Under the pieces are notes generated by a model. That model saw only the letters and a list, made by a program, of their open reading frames with translations. It was not told where the DNA came from and did no database searches. Both the position numbers and the translations under genes were made by a program. A stretch of 61,210 nt of DNA, the filler included. It is 7 parts of 7 records of this genome, joined end to end, with 100 filler letters (N's around TTAATTAATTAA, not from the genome) between each part and the next. Parts side by side here need not be neighbours in the genome. Positions count along the whole stretch, not along the records: positions 51,842 to 61,210 come from SRR31147125_7909; 6 more parts are not named here. One strand, given 5' to 3'. Below, piece by piece: positions 52,972 to 61,210 of the stretch. Numbering within the stretch: the stretch's first letter is position 1; each line of letters starts with the position of its first letter.

Positions 52972-54687
52972 TTACCAACCCGGATTTTGTTCGAGTTTTG
53001 GATTCTTCTGTATTTCAGAAAATGGAATGGGAAACAGATAATATTTATCATCCCATCCTCTGTTTTCCTGAACTCTTGTTAAAACAATTGTACCATCAGA
53101 TGATTTATTCAGCTTTACAGTGTTGATAGTAGAAAAATAGTCAGTTCCTTTTTTCCAGCGTCTTACATCCCAAAAACGATGATCTTCGAATGCCAGTTCT
53201 ACCATACGCTCGTTGTAGTATCTGTTTAAGAAGTTTGAATCGTCGCCTTCAAAATGAGGCATCCCAATATCTGCTCGGTCTCGCAAAATATTTATAGCTT
53301 CATTAGCTGTCATTCCAAGTTCTCCGGCATTATTTGCGCTACCTGCTGCATGGTAAATTGCTTCCGCATAGTTTAAATAGAATTCACCTAAACGGAAAAG
53401 AATATAATTATGGCGCTTGGGTGAGGGATTATTTGTTGAAATATTCGCATCCGTATCACATAATTTTTTAAGATAATAACCGGTTTGAGTTGCACCATAG
53501 ATTGGTGATGCATTTGCTCCACCTTCAAATATTTCAACTGGTATCCCCGTATAACTTGGCCAATTGTCACCATTTTTAACAACTGTCATTCCAAAACGCG
53601 GATCTATGTCATTATAAGGATTATCTGACAAGTTAATGGTATTAGCTGACCAAACTTCGCCAAAAGATTGACCTGCATGTGAACCAGCTTTAAACTCGTA
53701 TGCATCAACCAATGATTGTGTAGGACAATTACCTGACTGGCCATTTTCAACACCAACCGGGAAATTATACTGTTCAACTGAATTGAACCTCGACTGGTCT
53801 GGTGTACCAGTACCTCTTATCCAAATCATTTCAGGATTAGAATAACTACCTTCGCCGGATAACTGAGAGTATTCTCCTAAAGAAATGCCAGATGCAGGAG
53901 CAAAATCAATAACCGCTTTGTTTGCTACGGCCGCTTCTTCCCATAATTGAACATCTCCACTGGTATTAAACAATGAACTTGCCCGGTATAGCAGTGTTCT
54001 GGCTTTTAGGGCTAATACGGTAATACGATTGATTCGGTTTATTTCCTGATTTGGTTCTTCCTGATATGTAATTGGAAGTTTATCAGCAATTGCATCGCAC
54101 TCGCTAACAATAAACTCAAATACTTCATTTGCCGGTGTACGCGTTAAAGTATTTGCTTCCTCATTGGTAAGTACCTTCGTAATTAACGGGACGTCGCCAT
54201 ATGTTCTCACCAGCTCGAAATAGAAATAGGCTCTTAAAAATCTAACTTCATACTCGTATAGCTCAAATTGCCTACGTAAATCATCATACGGACGTACAGT
54301 TACATTGTAACGGTATTCTTCTAATGATTCATAAATTTTATCAATTTCTTTCATGAAATTATTTGCCTGTGCAATTCCTGAATAATTGTTTGTCCAGGTT
54401 TCATCGAAGGGATTAATCGGACTCCACGCCCCGTTATAAAAATCGTGAACATCGGATAGAGAAATTGCGTAATCCGCTTCATCTGTCGCAGAAGCCTTCA
54501 TCGCCCCATCAAAATTTCCCAAATCATAAGAAACATGGGCATAGACATTTGAGACCAGTCCAGACACTCGAGTGGGCATACTATACACCCATTCTTTATC
54601 ATCGGTAGTTACCTCGGTATAATCAAGGTCGACGCAACTCGCCAAAACGGCTACCAAGCATATCGATAATATATATTTTAAATTCAT
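52972..54687 (-). CDS. susD: SusD/RagB-family lipoprotein (second pair)
   Basis: LASC, RFLRAYFYFELVRTYGDVP, ERMVELAFEDHRFWDVRRW and QNPGW. Confidence 0.95.
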   Translation of the reverse strand: MNLKYILSICLVAVLASCVDLDYTEVTTDDKEWVYSMPTRVSGLVSNVYAHVSYDLGNFDGAMKASATDEADYAISLSDVHDFYNGAWSPINPFDETWTNNYSGIAQANNFMKEIDKIYESLEEYRYNVTVRPYDDLRRQFELYEYEVRFLRAYFYFELVRTYGDVPLITKVLTNEEANTLTRTPANEVFEFIVSECDAIADKLPITYQEEPNQEINRINRITVLALKARTLLYRASSLFNTSGDVQLWEEAAVANKAVIDFAPASGISLGEYSQLSGEGSYSNPEMIWIRGTGTPDQSRFNSVEQYNFPVGVENGQSGNCPTQSLVDAYEFKAGSHAGQSFGEVWSANTINLSDNPYNDIDPRFGMTVVKNGDNWPSYTGIPVEIFEGGANASPIYGATQTGYYLKKLCDTDANISTNNPSPKRHNYILFRLGEFYLNYAEAIYHAAGSANNAGELGMTANEAINILRDRADIGMPHFEGDDSNFLNRYYNERMVELAFEDHRFWDVRRWKKGTDYFSTINTVKLNKSSDGTIVLTRVQENRGWDDKYYLFPIPFSEIQKNPKLEQNPGW

Positions 54688-54704
54688 AATCTTTAGTGTT
54701 TAAT

Positions 54705-57533
54705 TTAGAATATTATTGATGCTCCAACACTTACTGCAGGTAAGGCTGGATAACCGCCCCACATATTCTCAGGATCCATATTTGCAGGTAAATCGTCTAT
54801 GGAAAGAAGATTCTCTCCTTTTACATAAAATTTAACCTGTTCCAGTTTCACTTTACTTAAAAGACTTTCCTGAAGCTTATAATACACTTCGCAGTGACGC
54901 AACTTAATAAATGATGCATCAGCATACCATATAGAACTTGAGCGGTAATTATTTGGACTAGCCAATGATGTAAGACGTGGATAAATTGCATTGGAGTTAT
55001 CAGCTCCAGGGTGCCAACTGTTTTCCAAATAATGCGTTGATAAATTAGAGTTATTCACAAGTGGGTTAAAGACACCTTGTACGCCCAGATATTGCGTGTA
55101 ATTGGAAACGCCCTGGAATAATGCGTTAAAACCAAATCCCTTAAACTCTAATCCTAAGTTAAATGAATAATTAAGTTCAGGAGAACCGGCATATCCCATA
55201 CTAACTTCATCGTTTTCATTAATAACACCGTCATTGTTCTGATCTTTGTATTTTACATCGCCTGGTTTTACCCGATCAAATTGTTGAACAGGACTGCCGG
55301 CTATATCAGCTTCATCCTGGAAAAAGCCGATTGCTTCTAACCCAAATGGCTGACCAACGGGATGTCCAATTCGTGACAAATATGGATAAGCTGTAGGTGC
55401 TTCAACCATATCTTCAATTTTATTTGTTCCATATGTAAACAGAACGCCCGTATTCAATGTAAAATCGCCAAATGATTTTTTAAAGTTGGCTCCAAGTTCA
55501 ACACCTTTGCTGGTAACTGCTCCTTTATTTATGTACGATGATGGAATACCAACTACAGAAGAATTCAATTCTCCGGCTGATTGTAGAATGTTGTCACGAC
55601 GTTGATAGTAACCTTCAACAGTTAAATCAAGACAGTCCCAAAAACGCATATCCACCGCAAGGTTAAACTTTTTTGCAGTTTCTAAAGAGAAACTTTTGGT
55701 TGGTAAATAACTCAGGAAGTTACCATAGGATTGGTTGTATCCATAACCGAAAGTAAACCATCCTGCACTGGATCCGTAATTTTCAAGACTTAAGCCAACT
55801 GCCGGAACATAGTCTGAATGAAGAATTCCTGCTGATGCTCTGATTTTTAACAAATCAATCCCTTTCTTTTCTTTTAAAAAATCCTCGTTAGAAAGTACCC
55901 ATGCTAAACCAAGTGTTGGTGAGAAGGCATACTTTTCGTGCCACGACCTATTTGAACCTGAAGTAACAAGTGCAAAATCGGCCACATATTTGCTATCGTA
56001 ATCATAATGGCCAGAAAGAGCTATATTGCTACGGTTAAACTTATTGTATTGTCCGTCGGTAACAATGCTGCTTATTGAATAAAGCAACGATCCTGCAACA
56101 TTATGTTTGCCAAATTGATTGACATAATCAAAAGTAAGTTGGCCATTGGAGCTTCTCCATTGATTGTTTAACCATCTTCCAAAATTAGTATCATCAGATT
56201 TACTGCCACCACCAAAGTTTACTTCTCCAGTAACCTGACCGTTTTCATCAAACAAGTAACGTGTGCTTCCATATTCAAATGAACGTTGCCACTGTTCTGC
56301 ATTCGAAGAACGGTTATCATACCCAACACGTAACGAAGCGCTTAAACCTTTAACAAATTGCTTTAAATCCTGAACTAATTTTCCATCGGCAAATAAGGCA
56401 CGTTCATGTATTTTAAAGTGACCGGTACCCTGAATGCGGGCAATAAGGTTGCTTCCGTTATATGCGGTTGTACCACCCCATAAACCATTGTCGGTTTTCA
56501 CAGGATATGCCGATGCTGGTGTATTGTACAAAGCCCCCAGAATATCGCCTGAATTAAGCCCGGTTGGGCGATTTGTTTCAGAAAAACTAGCCATAACATT
56601 CACATACATTTTAGTTGTTCCTGTTAGTTTAACATCCAAATTTGTACGAATATTGACTTTTGAATATTCCAGTTGAGTAGAGTATCCATCGTTGGTCTCT
56701 GTTTGATCTAGCAAACCTTTGGCATCAACATAATTAAGTAGGGTGAGATATTTAATATTTTCATCTCCGCCTTCAATATTCATTGTCATTAGGTTTTCGG
56801 AAGCTGTATTTCTCAAAGCCTCACTTTCCCAGTTAACGTTAGGATAAACATTTGGATATGTACCGTTTTGAAATGCATCCAGTTCGTATTGATTGTAAGC
56901 TGGGGAAAGTCCATCCAATAACCGTGCTTCGTTTAAAGCCGTAGCATAGGTAGATGCATCAGCAAATTCTGCTAATTTTGGCTTATATTGAAACTTATGA
57001 TCATAGTGCACAGAAACGGCAAGCTCAGTTTGAGTAGCACGTTTCGTTGTGACTAAAATAGCCCCATTTATACCACGGTAGCCATAAAGTGCCACTGCCG
57101 ATGCATCTTTTAGTACTGTTACGGTCTCTACTTCAACAATCGATAAACGATCAATGGGACGTTCCAATCCATCAACCAAAATAAGTACATTATTTTCAGT
57201 TGAAGTTTGACTACCTCTGATGTTAAATGAACCACCATATCCCTGATCGCCTGAAAATCCGGGCTGTTTCAAAGCTGTTAGTCCCAATAATTTACCATAT
57301 AGTGCATCTTGTAGACTTATAGCAGCTGTTTTTTGCAATTCCTCGCCAGAAATTGTATAAGTTGAAGCTGTGGACTTTTCTTTAGTTTGGATTATTCCGA
57401 TTCCGAAATCTACCAAACTATCTTTTGTTTGAGCAAAACCCGTTGAGTAGAAGAGCAACCAGCTTAGCGCCAAACAGATAACTTTTGTATATATTTTACT
57501 TTTATTCATTACATTATTTTTGTAAGTAAACAT
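54705..57533 (-). CDS. susC: SusC/RagA TonB-dependent transporter (second; short N-terminus)
   Basis: Plug motif VLKDASAVALYG.RG.NGAILVTTKR, PGDVKYKDQN.DG and terminal Phe. Confidence 0.95.
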   Translation of the reverse strand: MFTYKNNVMNKSKIYTKVICLALSWLLFYSTGFAQTKDSLVDFGIGIIQTKEKSTASTYTISGEELQKTAAISLQDALYGKLLGLTALKQPGFSGDQGYGGSFNIRGSQTSTENNVLILVDGLERPIDRLSIVEVETVTVLKDASAVALYGYRGINGAILVTTKRATQTELAVSVHYDHKFQYKPKLAEFADASTYATALNEARLLDGLSPAYNQYELDAFQNGTYPNVYPNVNWESEALRNTASENLMTMNIEGGDENIKYLTLLNYVDAKGLLDQTETNDGYSTQLEYSKVNIRTNLDVKLTGTTKMYVNVMASFSETNRPTGLNSGDILGALYNTPASAYPVKTDNGLWGGTTAYNGSNLIARIQGTGHFKIHERALFADGKLVQDLKQFVKGLSASLRVGYDNRSSNAEQWQRSFEYGSTRYLFDENGQVTGEVNFGGGSKSDDTNFGRWLNNQWRSSNGQLTFDYVNQFGKHNVAGSLLYSISSIVTDGQYNKFNRSNIALSGHYDYDSKYVADFALVTSGSNRSWHEKYAFSPTLGLAWVLSNEDFLKEKKGIDLLKIRASAGILHSDYVPAVGLSLENYGSSAGWFTFGYGYNQSYGNFLSYLPTKSFSLETAKKFNLAVDMRFWDCLDLTVEGYYQRRDNILQSAGELNSSVVGIPSSYINKGAVTSKGVELGANFKKSFGDFTLNTGVLFTYGTNKIEDMVEAPTAYPYLSRIGHPVGQPFGLEAIGFFQDEADIAGSPVQQFDRVKPGDVKYKDQNNDGVINENDEVSMGYAGSPELNYSFNLGLEFKGFGFNALFQGVSNYTQYLGVQGVFNPLVNNSNLSTHYLENSWHPGADNSNAIYPRLTSLASPNNYRSSSIWYADASFIKLRHCEVYYKLQESLLSKVKLEQVKFYVKGENLLSIDDLPANMDPENMWGGYPALPAVSVGASIIF

Positions 57534-57539
57534 GTATTT

Positions 57540-59420
57540 TTACCAGCCTGGATTTTGAGTTAATCCATAATCCTTATTAATTTCCGGAATTGGTAAGGCT
57601 TGTAAATACCATTTTGGCGTAAAGAAACCTTCTTGCCACCAGGCTCTGGAGTTCTCTGTAAACACATAAGTTTCATATCTAAATTCTGTAGGGTAAGGTT
57701 CACCTTCTGCTAATTTACCTCCACCATCTTTACGATAAATCCTTATACCATGCAGTGGACTTGTGAATTTGTCTGCCAGTTTTCTTCGGCAGATATCAAG
57801 AAAACGGCTTTCTTCATAACCTAATTCACATGTTCTTTCACGTAAAATCTCATTAATAAGGTTTTCTTTGTTTGATGTCAGGTCTAACGAAGGATTGCAC
57901 GTTGCAATTTTTCCAAGTCCAACCCGTGCACGTACTTTGTCTATTTCATCGCATGCTTTTATTAAGTTTCCTGTTTCTGCAAGAGCCTCAGCATAAATCA
58001 AATGCATTTCACCCATACGCAAATAAGAGTATTGAACCGGCTCAACATTCAAATTCTGGAAATCGAGACACCATTTAAATGAATCAAGACCATTACCCAT
58101 CATTGAGGTATAAAACCAGCCACATGCATCTTCCATGTTACCTCCTTCCCAAACCTCAATTTGGTTATAGTTCTGCCATCTTCTACCTTTTTTAGGTGTT
58201 ATCAACGTTTCATACATACGAGGATCACGATTCTCGAATATATCGATATTCTCAGGGTTGTCGGTGTTATAAACACTCATGCCCGTATATGGCTTTCCAT
58301 CTGCCATAGGGAACATTTCCATAAATTCAAGCGTTGGGGAGAATGATCCCTGGTGGGCTACGTTGATCGGAAATTGGTCTCCCCACTCATCAGCATAGGT
58401 ACGGCTATGTACTTCGAGGATTTTCTCACTATTCCCTCTGTTCCAATACGCCTGACGGTATACAGCCATATAATCAGCTTCGGTATTACCTGATGCCTGA
58501 ACCAATTCATACGGGCTGCCGTTTGCCAGATTTTGTTGAAAAAAATCTTCACATGCATCAACGCACCGTTGCCATAATTCGGGTTTGTAACTACCATACC
58601 ATACCTGCCTATTTTCGACAGCTGTTTGCGGTTCCTGGGTCGAATATGGCTCACTATCATTAAATAGCGGACTGGCAGCAAAAAGCAACACTTTTGCTTT
58701 AAAACCAAGTGCTCCTGCTTTTGTTAAACGTCCGGCTTTACTGCCCCTGCTCTGCTGGAGGAATACTGAATGGTAATGAGGGAGTAGCGATTGCTTCGTC
58801 AAGTAATCGGCACATAAAATCAACAGTCTCTTCTACAGAAGCCCGGGAAGCTTCATAGGGTTCTGTAGCAACATACGCATGATCAATTATTGGAAGTCCA
58901 CCATCATGGCGGAATAAGGTGTAGTATAACGTTGCAATGATGATTTTAGATTCGGCCTTCAAACGTTGTTTCTCATCTTCCGACATATCTGGAACACGAT
59001 CAACATTTTCTATAAAATTCCAGCAATTACGCACAGGTCACAAATTTTATAGAAACTCATTCGGTCACGAACCCAGCCTGAAGCATCTGCAGCACTGTAG
59101 TTTCCGGGGTACCAAACTCCTTTTGCATCACCCCATCCTAAACGAGATTGAATCACGTCTGATATTGCATCCAAGGGATTATCGCCCAAATAATAAGTCA
59201 AGTTTGAGTTTAAAGGAGTGTACATCTTACCATAGGCTTCCCATAAATATGAACGGGCATATTCGGCACGGGAAAAGATCGTATCTTCATTCACTGATAC
59301 TCCCGGAACCTTTTCCAGGAAATCATCTCCTACTTTATATTCATCAACACATGAAGTAAATGGTATTACTCCAAATAATGTGAGAACAATAAGTATGAAT
59401 AATATATTTTGCTTTTTCAT
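57540..59420 (-). CDS. susD: SusD/RagB-family lipoprotein (first pair), split by two frameshifts (about 59037 and 58745)
   Basis: Three overlapping ORFs concatenate: FTSC lipobox; VDRVPDM..KAE; GRLTK..AASPLFN, ER..EL..E..RF and QNPGW. Confidence 0.9.
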
Positions 59421-59440
59421 TTATCTGAAAATTAATGTTA

Positions 59441-61210
59441 CTAGAAGTTTACTTTTAAACCAATATTATACAACTTCAACATTGGGTATCTAACGGTATT
59501 TTGATATCCACCACCCTTGTTTTCAGGATCGTTGCCTTTGAATGCAGAGAATGTTAACAGATTTGACCCATTTATATAAAACCTCACATTTGAAGTTGAA
59601 CTTAAGAACGGAATCCTTTTAACGGTGTATCCAATTTCAATATTTCGAAGTCGGAGGTAAGAAGCATCTACCATCCACACACTGGAATATACTTTATTGT
59701 TCACTTCATTGTTAAAGGTAATACGAGGGAGTGACGCGGTTTCTGAAGTCTCTGGAGTCCAGCTATTTTCATAAACCCAGCGAACTAAAGACTGATCGTG
59801 AAACTGACCAAATTGTGGATTGTAAGGCCAATTTAAAAAACGGCTCACATTGGTTGCCCCGTTCCATAACATGGAAAAGTCAAAATTCCTGTAGCTACAA
59901 GTAAGATTTAAAGACCCTGTTATTTCTGGATAATCAGGGAATCCTAAAGCATGTTGGTCTTCGCTTGAGATTACCCCGTCGGCGTTTAAATCAACATAAA
60001 TACAATCTCCATCCTGTAAATTAGCTTGCCCAAGTTGTTCCGGCATTGCTTTACCAAATTCTGCCATATAGGCTTCTTCGGTTACACCAGCCTCGTATAA
60101 GTCGAAAAACTCATAAGCAAAAGGTTGATTTACCCGGTGCCCTGTGCGATACAGATAGTCGTATCTTTTTCGCACTTCTGCCATTTCAACTACTTTGTTG
60201 CGGTTGAATGCAAAAGTTGGAGAAATTGTATATTTAAAATCGCCATCGTTATCTATCCAGGTCATTGATAATTCAAAACCTTTATTGTCAACTTTACCGT
60301 AATTAATAGGTGATGCTATTAAAGCCGATGGAGCAGTAATAAATGCGTCGTTGTTGATTAAAATATCCTTTCGGTTTTCTTTAAATAAATCAACATTTAC
60401 GCTTAATTTATCTTTAAGTACTCTGAAATCGATACCGATATTCTGTTTAACAGATGTTTCCCAGGTAACGTCAGGATTACCCGATGTATCTTCGGTTGAA
60501 CCGGGAACAAAGGTTGTATTGTTTGTTCCAAAGTTATAACCATGTTGCCCACCACCATAACCATTATAGTAACCATCGTGAATACTATACTGAGGAGACA
60601 AGTACAAAAATCGGTTCCCTCCCATTCGATCGTTTCCTACAACACCATAAGAGTAGCGTAATTTCAGGTACGAAAAAATCTTTTGGTTTTTCATCCACGT
60701 TTCTTCTGTAGCAATCCAGCCAACAGAACCGGCAGGGAATGTACCGTAGCGTTTGCCCGGTGCAAAGTTTTCCGAACCATTGTAACCGATATTAAAATCA
60801 ACCAGATATTTAGATTCATAATTATATGTTGCCCTTCCAACCAATCCTACATATCCACGGGGAATTTCCTGATAAGGATAGGGATAATAATATTTGGACT
60901 GGTTGTAAAGTATAAGTACACTAACATCATGTTTTCCAAAAGTACGGGCATAATCAAAACCCATTTCTGCGTACCAGTCACGCCCTATGGTCGCATTGTT
61001 GTCTTCGGAATAGCCAGGTTTGTATTTATCGCCAGAGGTTTCAAAAACCAATGTACTATCATCAAGCAAATAAGGTTTGTAGCTTGGATATGCTTCATAG
61101 ACCTCCCATCTTTTCAGATGCGAATGCCTGCTATTGTAAGATCCCTTAAGTTTAAACTTCAGCCCTTCTGTTAAAACATCTAAATTTGCTTTGTAAATTA
61201 AGTCAAGGTT
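59441..61210 (-). CDS. susC: SusC/RagA TonB-dependent transporter (first; 5' part outside the window)
   Basis: GYNGSENFAPG, GNPDVTWE, DASYLRLRN and terminal Phe; the frame is open to 61210. Confidence 0.95.
   Translation of the reverse strand, partial: NLDLIYKANLDVLTEGLKFKLKGSYNSRHSHLKRWEVYEAYPSYKPYLLDDSTLVFETSGDKYKPGYSEDNNATIGRDWYAEMGFDYARTFGKHDVSVLILYNQSKYYYPYPYQEIPRGYVGLVGRATYNYESKYLVDFNIGYNGSENFAPGKRYGTFPAGSVGWIATEETWMKNQKIFSYLKLRYSYGVVGNDRMGGNRFLYLSPQYSIHDGYYNGYGGGQHGYNFGTNNTTFVPGSTEDTSGNPDVTWETSVKQNIGIDFRVLKDKLSVNVDLFKENRKDILINNDAFITAPSALIASPINYGKVDNKGFELSMTWIDNDGDFKYTISPTFAFNRNKVVEMAEVRKRYDYLYRTGHRVNQPFAYEFFDLYEAGVTEEAYMAEFGKAMPEQLGQANLQDGDCIYVDLNADGVISSEDQHALGFPDYPEITGSLNLTCSYRNFDFSMLWNGATNVSRFLNWPYNPQFGQFHDQSLVRWVYENSWTPETSETASLPRITFNNEVNNKVYSSVWMVDASYLRLRNIEIGYTVKRIPFLSSTSNVRFYINGSNLLTFSAFKGNDPENKGGGYQNTVRYPMLKLYNIGLKVNF

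Overview
The window is not one locus. It is seven unrelated contig fragments joined by six identical 100-nt spacers (N44-TTAATTAATTAA-N44, stops in all six frames), so nothing should be linked across spacers. (1) 1-6062: AT-rich fragment with a myxobacteria/deltaproteobacteria-like gene set. A SycD/LcrH-type T3SS chaperone follows an orphan Q/M-rich helical protein; the pair is flanked by REP-like palindromes and converges on a 6xPEGA Ser/Thr kinase plus an FHA-sigma54 activator. (2) 6163-11235: GC-richer fragment with cysteine desulfurase, PIN-PhoH and tsaD, divergent from nrdJ, which has tandem NrdR boxes. (3) 11336-16877: GT4, sulfotransferase, GT4 and a GH20-like protein. (4) 16978-26305: three tandem periplasmic adaptors, a MacB-like permease and TolC, with no ATPase, behind a perfect sigmaE-type promoter; then DUF971, DUF1232 and PIG-L. 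(5) 26406-36698: clostridial-type sugar ABC transporter with EltD-like dehydrogenase, RpiB, DhaK and FGGY kinase (likely tetritol catabolism) and a divergent YesM-like kinase. (6) 36799-51741: Na+-type V/A-ATPase operon, beta-carbonic anhydrase, MBL hydrolase, thrC, trpS, AEC transporter and DUF3810. (7) 51842-61210: Bacteroidota tandem susC-susD-susC-susD plus a surface glycan-binding protein. Many genes are split by single-base indels, mostly in homopolymers, best explained as sequencing errors. The most promising candidates for new biology are the T3SS chaperone/substrate-like cassette and the triple-adaptor, ATPase-less exporter. All family and taxonomic calls are from motif recognition by eye, not database searches.
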